A stretch of 64,000 nt of DNA, from positions 1-64,000 of the forward strand of contig JBJOKS010000013.1 of the NCBI GenBank assembly GCA_046045965.1. The letters are read 5' to 3'. Positions 29,953 through 40,197 of this stretch are shown here, one piece after another (the first letter of the stretch is position 1; each line of letters opens with the position of its first letter). The notes beneath the pieces were generated by a model. It ran no database searches and was not told where the DNA came from. It was given only the letters and a program-made list of their open reading frames with translations. Position numbers and translations under genes: made by a program. This DNA is from Cyanobacteriota bacterium (GTDB taxonomy: Bacteria > Cyanobacteriota > Cyanobacteriia > Cyanobacteriales > Nostocaceae).

Positions 29953-31128
29953 ATGAGTAACATTCGTGTTTTACACTGCCCTACTACCACTGGTGGAAAT
30001 CCCCAAGGAATTGCTCGTGCAGAGCGAGAAATCGGTCTTAAAAGCTGGTCTATTGCTTTTCGGCAAAATTATTTCCAGTATAAAACTGATGAAGTTTTTG
30101 TGGGTGAGAAAGGTGGGATTTTCAACCAATTGACATTGGAGCGCAAACGGTGGCAGTTACTCTGGCGGGCAGTTAAAGACTTTGATATTGTACATTTCAA
30201 TTTTGGTATGTCGATTATGCCATCTAGAGTCATAGAAAATACTGCTAATCAAAGTCAATATTCTGGAATTTTACAGTTTGGATATCAATTTTATGCCCAA
30301 TTATTTGAGTTGAAAGACCTACCTTTATTAAAGAGAGCAGGTAAGGGAATAGTAGTTACTTACCAAGGAGATGATGCACGTCAAGGTGATTTCTGTCAAG
30401 CTAATTTTGAAATTAATTTTGCCAATGAAGTTGAGCCAGGTTACTATTCAGCCGCATCGGATGAGCATAAGCGTTATAGGATAGCAAAATTTAGCGATTA
30501 TGCTGACAGAATTTTTGCACTAAATCCTGACTTACTACACGTTTTACCTTCTCATGCTCAGTTTTTACCATATTCTCATATTGATTTGAGAGATTGGCAG
30601 GTTAAAGAAAAATATCAGGTGAATAACGAAGTCCCTGTTATTATCCATGCTCCAAGTCATAGAGGAGTAAAAGGTACTCGTTTTGTAATTGATGCTGTTT
30701 CTCGATTACAAAAAGAAGGAGTTCCTTTAGAATTTATCTTGGTAGAAAATCTCGCTCATAGTGAAGCAAGACAGCTTTATGAAAGAGCAGATTTGCTTAT
30801 AGATCAATTATTGGCTGGATGGTATGGCGGTTTAACTGTTGAACTTATGGCTTTAGGTAAACCAGCCATCTGCTATATACGACAAGATGACCTGAAGTTC
30901 ATTCCCCAAGAAATGCAAAGGGAATTACCAATCATTAATGCTACACCTGCTACGATCTATGAAGTTCTCAAACAATGGCTAACTATACGCAAACACGAAC
31001 TTCCGGAAATAGGGAAACGTAGTAGAGCTTATGTAGAAAAATGGCACGATCCTTTAAAGATTGGTAATCAGATGAAACGTGAGTACGACTTGATCTTGCA
31101 GTCAAAAAAGAGTCGATATATGCAATAA
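29953..31128 (+). CDS. GT-B fold glycosyltransferase (paralogous C-terminal domain to 25991..27370)
   Basis: HAPSHRGVKGT, DQLLAGWYGGLTVELMALGKP, SRAYVEKWHD. Confidence 0.82.
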   Translation: MSNIRVLHCPTTTGGNPQGIARAEREIGLKSWSIAFRQNYFQYKTDEVFVGEKGGIFNQLTLERKRWQLLWRAVKDFDIVHFNFGMSIMPSRVIENTANQSQYSGILQFGYQFYAQLFELKDLPLLKRAGKGIVVTYQGDDARQGDFCQANFEINFANEVEPGYYSAASDEHKRYRIAKFSDYADRIFALNPDLLHVLPSHAQFLPYSHIDLRDWQVKEKYQVNNEVPVIIHAPSHRGVKGTRFVIDAVSRLQKEGVPLEFILVENLAHSEARQLYERADLLIDQLLAGWYGGLTVELMALGKPAICYIRQDDLKFIPQEMQRELPIINATPATIYEVLKQWLTIRKHELPEIGKRSRAYVEKWHDPLKIGNQMKREYDLILQSKKSRYMQ

Positions 31129-31185
31129 CTTTCTGTTAAGTAAGCCGAATTGTCAATATTTATAAAAATAAATAAACTTATCTAT

Positions 31186-33114
31186 ATGTGTGGAATTGCT
31201 GGCATATTAAAATTTGACCGATCGCCCATAGAACCACAACTATTAAAAAACCTGAGCAATTCCCTGCACCTTCGCGGACCTGATGATTTTGGCTTCTTAG
31301 CTTGGTCAGGAACATCCTCAGTTAAGATTTCCCACGATCCTGATAAACTACAAGATTGCTGGCTGAGTTTAGTCCATCGTCGCCTCTCAATTCTGGATTT
31401 GAGCGCAGCTGGTTCGCAACCAATGGTAACACCAGACGGGCGTTATGCAATTGTTTTCAACGGAGAAATATATAACTATTTAGAACTGAAAACGGAATTA
31501 AAATCATTAGGTTACACCTTCAATTCCCACTCAGACACAGAAGTATTACTGACTGCTTATAGCCACTGGGGTATGCAAACACTAAATCGCCTAGTGGGAA
31601 TGTTCGCTTTTGCTGCACTGGATACTCATACTCGCAAACTTTTCCTAGCCAGAGATTTTTTTGGCATCAAACCTTTATACTATGCCTATTTTGGAAATAA
31701 CTTTGCTTTTGCATCAGAAATTAAAACGCTTTTAGAAATACCGGGTATAAGTCCTCAAGCAAATCCTCAAAGGATTTATGATTATCTACGTTTTGGACTG
31801 ACAGATTTTGGAGGAGAAACCTTATTTGCTGATATTTATCAGCTTCCTGCTGCTCATTATTTAGAAGTTGCTTTAGACTCACCCGAAGAAGTAAAGCCAG
31901 TGCGTTATTGGCAAGTAAATCTAAGCGATCGCTTGGAAATTTCCTTTGCAAAAGCAGCGGAACAACTGCGAGATTTATTCTTAGATAATGTGCGTCTCCA
32001 CCTCCGCAGTGATGTACCAGTAGGAGCTGCACTTTCAGGAGGAATTGATTCATCTAGCATTGTTATGGCAATGCGGTACTTAGAACCTGACCTAGATCTA
32101 CATACTTTTACTTACATAGCAGACGATTCTAGACTGAATGAGGAAAAGTGGGCAGATATAGTGGGAAAAGCAGCCAACTGTATCATGCATAAAATCCAAC
32201 CTAACGCCACTGATTTGGTAACAGATTTAAATCACCTCATTCACGTTCAAGATCAACCTTTTGGTAGCACCAGTATTTACGCGCAGCATCGAGTATTTCA
32301 ACTAGCGCAATCAGCCGGAATTAAAGTAATGTTAGATGGGCAAGGTGCGGACGAATTACTAGGTGGTTATCGTCCTTATCTAGCCGCACGACTAGCCAGT
32401 ATGATTCGTCAGGGAAAGTTTGTCAAAGCATCTGAATTTCTGCAAAAAGCATCCAGTTTTCCTGATATGAATAAGCTAAGATTATTGATAGCTGGAGGAG
32501 GATTTTTGCTGCCAGATTATCTTAAAGCCCCTGCTAGACTTTTAGTAGGAAAAGAATTTACTCCACCTTGGTTAAATATTGCTTGGTTTGCAGAACGGGA
32601 CGTAAAATTTTATTCTCCCATACAACATCATCAAAGTGATATTTTGCGCCAGCAACTTCATCAGAGCCTGGAGAATAGTTTACTTCCACTATTACGTTAT
32701 GAAGACCGCAACTCAATGGCTTATTCAATTGAAAGTCGCGTTCCTTTCCTCACTCCTGCTTTAGCTAACTTTATTTTCTCTTTACCAGAAGAATTTATTA
32801 TTGCTAGAGATGGTACATCAAAGGCAATATTCCGCCAAGCAATGCGCGGTATTGTTCCAGATTTTATCTTAGACCGCAAAGACAAAATCGGCTTTGCTAC
32901 ACCCGAACAAAATTGGCTCACAACTTTACGACCTTGGGTAGAAAATGTCCTTAACAGTGAAACAGCAACCCAGATTCCTGCCTTAAATTTGCCACAAGTA
33001 AAAGCTGAATGGCAAGCAGTAATTGATGGTAAATCTACCTTCGATTTTCGCATCTGGCGTTGGGTAAATTTAATTCGCTGGGTGGAACGTTGTCATGTTA
33101 CTTTTGAGGATTAA
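31186..33114 (+). CDS. Second AsnB-type glutamine amidotransferase
   Basis: Start set at MCGIAG (catalytic N-terminal Cys); RGPD, NGEIYN, LSGGIDSS, GQGADE, EDRNSMAYSIESRVPFL. Confidence 0.9.
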   Translation: MCGIAGILKFDRSPIEPQLLKNLSNSLHLRGPDDFGFLAWSGTSSVKISHDPDKLQDCWLSLVHRRLSILDLSAAGSQPMVTPDGRYAIVFNGEIYNYLELKTELKSLGYTFNSHSDTEVLLTAYSHWGMQTLNRLVGMFAFAALDTHTRKLFLARDFFGIKPLYYAYFGNNFAFASEIKTLLEIPGISPQANPQRIYDYLRFGLTDFGGETLFADIYQLPAAHYLEVALDSPEEVKPVRYWQVNLSDRLEISFAKAAEQLRDLFLDNVRLHLRSDVPVGAALSGGIDSSSIVMAMRYLEPDLDLHTFTYIADDSRLNEEKWADIVGKAANCIMHKIQPNATDLVTDLNHLIHVQDQPFGSTSIYAQHRVFQLAQSAGIKVMLDGQGADELLGGYRPYLAARLASMIRQGKFVKASEFLQKASSFPDMNKLRLLIAGGGFLLPDYLKAPARLLVGKEFTPPWLNIAWFAERDVKFYSPIQHHQSDILRQQLHQSLENSLLPLLRYEDRNSMAYSIESRVPFLTPALANFIFSLPEEFIIARDGTSKAIFRQAMRGIVPDFILDRKDKIGFATPEQNWLTTLRPWVENVLNSETATQIPALNLPQVKAEWQAVIDGKSTFDFRIWRWVNLIRWVERCHVTFED

Positions 33115-33119
33115 AAATC

Positions 33120-33272
33120 ATGAAAATTATCACAATTGTCGGCGCTCGTCCTCAGTTTATCAAAGCAGCAGCTGTTTCTCGCAAATTGCAGTCTCATTCA
33201 CAAATACAAGCAGTGTTAGTTCATACAGACCAGCACTATGATGAAAATATGTCTGATGTGTTTTTTGAATAG
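33120..33272 (+). pseudogene. wbpI: Truncated UDP-N-acetylglucosamine 2-epimerase (WecB/WbpI family), first 50 codons only
   Basis: MKIITIVGARPQFIKAAAVSRKLQSHSQIQAVLVHTDQHYDENMSDVFFE*; canonical GARPQFIK and HTGQHYD (here HTDQHYD) motifs, then a stop with no room for the rest of the gene. Confidence 0.88.
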
Positions 33273-33334
33273 TTACTCCAAATATTCTTAAAATTATAAC
33301 TGAATCCTGACTTCTGAATTATTACCCTTATTTA

Positions 33335-34429
33335 ATGAACACAATAAATAATCCATCATCTCATCAGTTAATCCTAAATCTATCCATTATTTTCTCCCAA
33401 CCAACCGGGATCAGCAACTATGCTTTAAATGTTTTTCCCTATTTAAAATCTCTCCAACCTACCCTATTAACAGCAAATAAATATCCTGAATTCAACTGCT
33501 ACCCCATCCCCAATAATCTTACACCTGCTGAGGGAATTAAAGGACATTTACGCCGTCTGTTGTGGACACAATTTCAAATACCAAAAATATATCAAAACCT
33601 TAAATCTCATCTTTTATTCTCCCCCATCCCAGAAGCACCCCTCTATACCAACTGTCGCTTTATCGTTATGTCTCACGACATGATACCATTACGCTTTCCC
33701 CAAGCTTTTTCACCACTAACACCATACCATCGTTACTACACTCCCCAAGTCCTTAACCAAGCACAACACATTATTTGTAATTCTCAAGCAACAGCTAAAG
33801 ATATCACCGAATTTTACCAAATTCCTGCTCATAAAATCACACCCATTCCCCTAGCTTATGATGCGTCACATTTCCAATTCCTCAACCTCCCCACTCGCAA
33901 CTACTTCCTCTACATCGGCCGTCAACATCCTTACAAAAACCTCCAACGTCTTATCACTGCATTTTCCGCAATACCTAATAGAAATGACTATGAACTATGG
34001 TTAGTTGGACCCACGGATAAACGTTACACTCCATTATTAGAAATGCAAGTTGAAACATTAGGAATAAATCATTTAGTAAAATTCCTCAACTATGTATCTG
34101 ACAGTGAATTACCAACAATTATAAATCAAGCACTTGCTTTAGTTTATCCCAGTTTGTGGGAAGGGTTTGGTTTACCAGTTTTAGAAGCAATGGCCTGTGG
34201 TACTCCAGTTATCACTTCTAATCTTTCTTCACTTCCAGAAGTTACAGGAGATGCTGCTATTTTAATTAATCCCTATAATACAGAGGAAATGACATCAGCA
34301 ATGGAAACTATTATTAATGATTCGGAAATGAGAAAAAAACTTTCACAACAAGGTATAAATAGAGCAAATCAATTTGGTTGGGAAAAAACCGGACTTGCTA
34401 CAGTTGAAATCTTAAAGAACTATATTTAA
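33335..34429 (+). CDS. GT4 glycosyltransferase (mannosyltransferase-like)
   Basis: HDMIPL, YIGRxx[31 protein letters not shown]. Confidence 0.92.
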   Translation: MNTINNPSSHQLILNLSIIFSQPTGISNYALNVFPYLKSLQPTLLTANKYPEFNCYPIPNNLTPAEGIKGHLRRLLWTQFQIPKIYQNLKSHLLFSPIPEAPLYTNCRFIVMSHDMIPLRFPQAFSPLTPYHRYYTPQVLNQAQHIICNSQATAKDITEFYQIPAHKITPIPLAYDASHFQFLNLPTRNYFLYIGRQHPYKNLQRLITAFSAIPNRNDYELWLVGPTDKRYTPLLEMQVETLGINHLVKFLNYVSDSELPTIINQALALVYPSLWEGFGLPVLEAMACGTPVITSNLSSLPEVTGDAAILINPYNTEEMTSAMETIINDSEMRKKLSQQGINRANQFGWEKTGLATVEILKNYI

Positions 34430-34582
34430 CAACATAAAATTATACAATATATCAAATATAAATTTACAACAAAAAACCACCTACATCTATGAGAATTGAC
34501 ATCACTAAAAGCAGGTGGCTTGAGATTTTCAAATAGCCATTAAAAATCATCAGATACCCTGATATAAGAATCAACTGTCTAG

Positions 34583-35407
34583 TTAATCTTTTGCTTCTGT
34601 AATATCTATTGAGTGATTATTCTCGGATATCTTAGACTTGATCAATTCTATATCAAAATTCAATTCAGATGCGATCGCCTCCACACTTAAACCCAAACGT
34701 AATAGCAAGGGTATCATCTCTAACTTACCCTCTGCTTTACCCTCTGCTTTACCCTGTTCCTTCACATCTTGAAAATACCGTGTTTGCTTCAATTCATCTA
34801 GTCCAAACATCGCTTCTAACTCCTGACTACTTAAATAAGGAAACTTGTACACTAGTATCTTATCTACCAATTCTAAAACTTTTTCTTGAACTGTTGGTTC
34901 TGTCAAAGATACCCGTACTTGTTCTTTAAGTCGAACTACTTTCTCCCTAGTTTTTTCTTGTTGTGCTACTATCAATTCTAGCATTCCCAAACCGACAGAC
35001 TCTCCTGTTTTTTCCCCTAATTCATCTAAGTATATTCGCGAAATTCTCCCCGGATGGAATAGTTCTTGATACTGAATTGGTTCTGCGGTATCAGTGCTAC
35101 GGTTCGGAAATATCGTGACTGCGTACCAATTTTGTTGAGGACGATATAACTTTAAGTACAGAAATATCTCTCCAAACAAGTCCCAGTAAAAATTGTCACG
35201 TTGCTGAAATTGTACCTCTACAAAATAAATCAGTTTATCTTCATCAGCAGATGGGAGAAATATCCCATCAAAACGGAATGCTAACTCCTTAATTTCCACT
35301 GAATCAAACTTGTATCCATTTGCCTTTGCTGGAGATTCTCCCAATAATTCAAATAGAACAGTTGGTAAAGTTTGAAATATTTGATAAAAAATTGAGTCTG
35401 TTTTCAT
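34583..35407 (-). CDS. Rpn-family/DUF2887 PD-(D/E)XK nuclease-like protein
   Basis: MKTDSIFYQIFQ, FRFDGIFLP, YFVEVQFQ; GKAE repeats in the C-terminus. Confidence 0.88.
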   Translation of the reverse strand: MKTDSIFYQIFQTLPTVLFELLGESPAKANGYKFDSVEIKELAFRFDGIFLPSADEDKLIYFVEVQFQQRDNFYWDLFGEIFLYLKLYRPQQNWYAVTIFPNRSTDTAEPIQYQELFHPGRISRIYLDELGEKTGESVGLGMLELIVAQQEKTREKVVRLKEQVRVSLTEPTVQEKVLELVDKILVYKFPYLSSQELEAMFGLDELKQTRYFQDVKEQGKAEGKAEGKLEMIPLLLRLGLSVEAIASELNFDIELIKSKISENNHSIDITEAKD

Positions 35408-35669
35408 TAATTGTGAATAATTTCTGCATAAAAATCAACATCATAAATCTTATCATCTATCATGGAGATTTTTTTAGATTAAAATTTACTAATTGCTTAT
35501 GAAGTGAATCTGACGATGAAAATGGAATTTTCAACTTAGTTAAACTGAGTTTCTGCTAACTGTCAAATTCCCTATCGTCAGATTTATGAACAGGTTACAT
35601 TTGAAAAACAACCAGTTTAGAAAGTGATGTAGGCATTAAAAATTAAAAACCAACAATTATTATTTGTTT

Positions 35670-35704
35670 TAATCTTTAATTTTTAATTTTTAATTTTTAA
35701 TTTT
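35670..35704. repeat. (ttttaat)n heptamer repeat downstream of pyk
   Basis: tttaatttttaatttttaatttttaatttt. Confidence 0.7.
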
Positions 35705-37474
35705 TCATGGAGTTCCCACCGCACCAGAATAAACCAAACCCCGCTGCATATCCAAAGTCAAAATTGCCCCATCTTTAATTACCTGTGTCGCTTCCTTCAC
35801 ACCCACAATTACAGGTACACCAAGACGTAAACCAATCACCGCTGCGTGACTGGTAAGACTTTCATCTTCAGTAATAATACCGCCAGCTTTGCGAATCGCT
35901 TCAACAAAATCAACTCCTGTACTGGATGCCACCAAAATATCACCATGATTAAAATTACTCGCATCCATACCAGTACGCGCTACCCGTGCGCGACCACTAA
36001 CAGAACCTTGTCCTAAACCAATTCCTTGACCTAGTACCGCAGTCACCACTTCCACTTTAATCAAATCTGTTGACCCAGAAACACCTTGAAGTGTACCAGC
36101 AGTCATCACCACCAAATCACCCTCAGTCAAGAGGTTTTTTTCCTGAGCTACATTGATAGCGGCTTGGAATGTCTGACCCGTAGAAGGTAATTCTAGCACC
36201 AACAGCGGTTTTACTCCCCAGACCATCTGCAACTGTCGCGCCACATTTACATGAGGTGTGATCGCTAAAATTGGCGTTTTGGGACGAAATTTAGAAACAT
36301 TGCGAGCAGTTGCGCCAGTTTGTGTCAAAGTCATAATTGCTGCTGCGCCCAAATTCTCAGCAATTTGACCAACCGCTTGACTAATAGCATTAGGAATAGA
36401 ACGTCTGTTGTCTCGCGTCTGACGGTAAGAATGTTCTGCTTCTTCCTGTTCAATACGTTCAGCAATTCTCGCCATTGTTGCTACTGCTTCCACCGGGTAG
36501 CTACCAACTGCGGTTTCATTGGAAAGCATCACCGCATCCGTACCATCTAAAATAGCGTTGGCAACATCGGATACTTCCGCACGGGTAGGACGGGGGTTGC
36601 TCACCATGCTATCTAACATTTGGGTAGCGGTGATGATGGGAATACCCATACGGTTAGCTGTAGCAATTAACCGCTTTTGCAGTACAGGTACATCTTCTGC
36701 TGGCAATTCTACTCCTAAATCACCTCTAGCCACCATTACCCCGTCACACAAAGATAGAACCGCTTCCATTTGTTCAATGGCTTCATGCTTTTCTATTTTG
36801 GCAACTACAGGAACGTTTTTACCCGTGCTGGAAATTAGCTCTTTAATTTCAATAATATCCTGGGGGTTGCGGACAAAGGAAAGTGCTACCCAGTCTACAC
36901 CTTGGTCAAGACCAAACATCAGATCCTCACGGTCTTTGTCAGTCATGGCTTTGATTGATAAGTAAACTCCCGGAAAATTGACCCCTTTGTTGTTAGAAAG
37001 TTTACCTGCCACTGTCACCCGACAATGTAAATCTCCTTTATCGCGGTTAATCTCCTCAACAACCATTTCTACACGTCCATCATCGAGGAGGATTTTGGAA
37101 GCGACGGGGACTTCTTGGGCTAAATAATCGTAGGTAACACAGCTAATTTCCTCAGTTCCTACCACTGGGCGGTTTGTTAAAGTGAAGCGATCGCCTTTAG
37201 ACAACATGATAAAACCATTTTCAAATTGTCCCAGGCGAATTTTTGGACCTTGCAAATCTTGGAGAATTGCTACTGGTCTATTAAGCTCAAAAGCGGTTTG
37301 TCGTATTAACCGGATACTGCGCTGATGGTCAGCATGAGTTCCGTGGGAAAAATTTAAGCGCAGGGTCGTTGCACCCGCTTCAATAATTGCTTTCAGCATT
37401 TCTGGACTGCTGGTAGCAGGTCCAATAGTAGCAACAATTTTTGTTCGGCGCAGAGAATCTCTTAATTGCGTCAT
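35705..37474 (-). CDS. pyk: Pyruvate kinase with C-terminal PEP-utilising (swivel) domain
   Basis: RTKIVATIGPA, RLNFSHG, DLQGPKIR, MVARGDLGVE, ATQMLDSM; C-terminal TSHAAVIG. Confidence 0.97.
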   Translation of the reverse strand: MTQLRDSLRRTKIVATIGPATSSPEMLKAIIEAGATTLRLNFSHGTHADHQRSIRLIRQTAFELNRPVAILQDLQGPKIRLGQFENGFIMLSKGDRFTLTNRPVVGTEEISCVTYDYLAQEVPVASKILLDDGRVEMVVEEINRDKGDLHCRVTVAGKLSNNKGVNFPGVYLSIKAMTDKDREDLMFGLDQGVDWVALSFVRNPQDIIEIKELISSTGKNVPVVAKIEKHEAIEQMEAVLSLCDGVMVARGDLGVELPAEDVPVLQKRLIATANRMGIPIITATQMLDSMVSNPRPTRAEVSDVANAILDGTDAVMLSNETAVGSYPVEAVATMARIAERIEQEEAEHSYRQTRDNRRSIPNAISQAVGQIAENLGAAAIMTLTQTGATARNVSKFRPKTPILAITPHVNVARQLQMVWGVKPLLVLELPSTGQTFQAAINVAQEKNLLTEGDLVVMTAGTLQGVSGSTDLIKVEVVTAVLGQGIGLGQGSVSGRARVARTGMDASNFNHGDILVASSTGVDFVEAIRKAGGIITEDESLTSHAAVIGLRLGVPVIVGVKEATQVIKDGAILTLDMQRGLVYSGAVGTP

Positions 37475-37871
37475 GGGCGGATTTCAGGATTTTTTGGATC
37501 TATCTGGGAAATAATGGTAAATTAAGCAGCCTCTAATTTTCAGTCACTGCTATATCAATGTCACTAGCAGTTTAAAGAGATGGCTGCGGTATAGATTTGA
37601 TATCGTACAGTTCGTAACTTTATAGACACATATCCTCTAGCTACTTTTCTCGGTGTTAACCGGAATGGTAAACTGTAGTACCTCCTTCTGGGAGAGCTTT
37701 TTTATCAAAGCACTCGTCTAGTTTGAAATCATAACCGTTAATCAACCTATTCATCCCCTCATCAGCAACACTGCGGTTAAATCTTGCTATACAAAAATTT
37801 ACATAACTTTACTTTTTACTAAGATTTATCTTATATTCGTAATGTTTCACAAATAAGGAGTTAATTAAATA

Positions 37872-38762
37872 ATGCTCACGTCGGAGGCAAAAAAGCCACT
37901 GACAATCCCACCCAAAGAACTTTTAGCACCTCCTGGTGATTTTAATCCCACAATGTTGCTGTTTTTTGCAGTAGTGACAATGTTGGTATTATCTAACTTT
38001 GGTTATTGGGTTTGGGAATGGCCGCATTGGCTATGTTTTAGCATTAACACTTTGTCCTTGCACTGTTCTGGGACAATTATTCATGATGCTTGTCATCAGT
38101 CCGCCCATCGTAACCGGGTGATTAATGCTATGTTAGGGCATGGTAGCGCCTTAATTTTAGCTTTTGCTTTTCCAGTATTTACACGAGTACATCTTCAGCA
38201 TCATGGTAATGTCAATGACCCTAAAGACGACCCAGATCATTACGTCTCTACAGGTGGTCCATTGTGGTTGATAGCGGTGAGGTTTTTGTACCATGAAGTA
38301 TTTTTCTTTCAACGGCAATTGTGGCGCAAATATGAGCTACTGGAATGGTTTATTAGCCGTTTAATTGTAGTTTCTATTTTTTACATTTCCATCCAATATC
38401 ACTTTTTGGGCTATATTCTCAATTTTTGGTTTATTCCAGCGTTCTTAGTGGGAATTGCACTAGGGTTATTTTTTGATTATTTACCCCATCGTCCTTTTGT
38501 AGAGCGCGATCGCTGGAAAAATGCCCGCGTATATCCTGGTAAAATTCTCAACATCCTGATTTTAGGGCAGAATTACCACCTAATTCATCATTTGTGGCCT
38601 TCAATTCCTTGGTATAATTACCAACCTGCTTACTATTTGATGAAGCCGTTATTGGATGAAAAGGGTAGTCCTCAAACTTCCGGGTTATTGCAGAAAAAGG
38701 ACTTCTTTGAGTTTGTCTATGATATTTTCATAGGTATTCGATTTCATCAGCACAAAGAATAG
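37872..38762 (+). CDS. crtR: Beta-carotene hydroxylase (fatty-acid desaturase superfamily)
   Basis: His boxes HDACH, HLQHH, HLIHH; FFDYLPHRPF. Confidence 0.93.
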   Translation: MLTSEAKKPLTIPPKELLAPPGDFNPTMLLFFAVVTMLVLSNFGYWVWEWPHWLCFSINTLSLHCSGTIIHDACHQSAHRNRVINAMLGHGSALILAFAFPVFTRVHLQHHGNVNDPKDDPDHYVSTGGPLWLIAVRFLYHEVFFFQRQLWRKYELLEWFISRLIVVSIFYISIQYHFLGYILNFWFIPAFLVGIALGLFFDYLPHRPFVERDRWKNARVYPGKILNILILGQNYHLIHHLWPSIPWYNYQPAYYLMKPLLDEKGSPQTSGLLQKKDFFEFVYDIFIGIRFHQHKE

Positions 38763-38849
38763 GTACATTTCTAGGGTGGGTTAACGACTGTGTAACCCGC
38801 TCATACCAATTATTTCTATTAATTTAAAAATATAATTTAAAAATATAAT

Positions 38850-39293
38850 TTAAAAATAATTTTCATCTAAAATTTGCTCTAAACTATAAGGACAAAATTC
38901 GGGAAAGTCTATTTTAAATCTAGTCTTTTGTTTCACATATTTTAAAGCACTTCTATATATCTTCTCTAACTCACTGTTGAGATAATTTTGCAAGTTATTG
39001 GTTAATAATCTTTCCAGTTGGTTACGAAAACCAATAATTTCTGTTTGCCAATGATTCCCATTCATATCATATTCTTCAATCCAATATTGTAATAATAATA
39101 GATGTCTAATAATTTGTTCTAATAAACTAGCAACAGCGTTTTTATCTCTTTTACCCAATGCTTCTAATTCCTCAATTAAATTATTTAAATCCAAGTCTTG
39201 AAAACGCTTTTCTTTGAGCAAAATAATTGTTTCTTCCAACCATAAACTTTCATCTATTTCATATAAAGATTGTAAATCTGTGTTTACGGTCAT
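38850..39293 (-). CDS. DUF29 family protein
   Basis: LYEIDxxLWLEETIxLLK, LDLxNLIEELEALG, FPEFCPYSLEQILD. Confidence 0.88.
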   Translation of the reverse strand: MTVNTDLQSLYEIDESLWLEETIILLKEKRFQDLDLNNLIEELEALGKRDKNAVASLLEQIIRHLLLLQYWIEEYDMNGNHWQTEIIGFRNQLERLLTNNLQNYLNSELEKIYRSALKYVKQKTRFKIDFPEFCPYSLEQILDENYF

Positions 39294-39379
39294 AATTTTA
39301 GCTCTCCTTTGGGAAATCTTTCATGTTATTTGTGGAAAATAATCGCTATCTGCACTTAATAAGTCCCGTTATTTACATT

Positions 39380-40060
39380 TTATGCCGTTTGTTCAGATTC
39401 CGTCTCTACCTTCTGTCCAATTTTTGGTTCCGTCCCCGCAAGCAACCTTTCAATATTACTGCGATGACGAATAATTACATATAAACCACCAGCAATAGTA
39501 AACAGAATATAGACTAAAGGTTGCTGGAAAACCACCATGAAAATAGAAACAGCAACAGCACCAGAAATTGAACTTAAAGAAACAATTCTCGATATAGCGA
39601 AAACCACAGCAAAAACACCAAAAGTAGCCAAACCAACCTGCCAACACATGGCCAATAAAATACCCAAACTGGTAGCCACAGACTTACCACCAGTAAAACC
39701 TAAAAAGATTGATTTACTATGTCCTAAAATTGCCCCTAAACCAACCAAAGTTACTAACCAAGGTTGCCATATTTGTACATCTAAATTTGCAGGTATGACA
39801 TTATAACCAGGAGCAAAATTGAATAAAACATAAACTAGATTGATTGCGAAAACTCCCTTCAAACAATCAACCAATAACACAAAAGCCCCTGGTCCCTTAC
39901 CTAAAGTTCTCAGGACATTTGTTGCACCAGTTGAACCAGAACCAACTTCTCGAATATCAATTCCTTTTAATAACTTACCGACAATATACCCAGTGGGAAA
40001 AGAACCCAATAGGTAAGCTAATAAAACCACTACCCCACACAAAGTCAACCACATAGCCAT
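39380..40060 (-). CDS. plsY: Glycerol-3-phosphate acyltransferase PlsY
   Basis: AYLLGSFPTG, GSGSTGATNVLR, GGKSVATSLG, RHRSNIERLLAGTEPKIG. Confidence 0.95.
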   Translation of the reverse strand: MAMWLTLCGVVVLLAYLLGSFPTGYIVGKLLKGIDIREVGSGSTGATNVLRTLGKGPGAFVLLVDCLKGVFAINLVYVLFNFAPGYNVIPANLDVQIWQPWLVTLVGLGAILGHSKSIFLGFTGGKSVATSLGILLAMCWQVGLATFGVFAVVFAISRIVSLSSISGAVAVSIFMVVFQQPLVYILFTIAGGLYVIIRHRSNIERLLAGTEPKIGQKVETESEQTA

Positions 40061-40071
40061 AATTTTATTAG

Positions 40072-40196
<125 letters not shown>

Positions 40197-40197
<1 letters not shown>

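Noticed and set aside
23492..33114. AsnB genes as lasso-peptide cyclases or true asparagine synthetases
   Set aside because: Both keep an intact N-terminal Cys glutaminase domain, there is no precursor peptide or B protein nearby, and the context is sugar biosynthesis.
38821..38860. 13-bp tandem repeat aatttaaaaatat at the DUF29 stop
   Set aside because: Low-complexity slippage duplication with no evidence of function.
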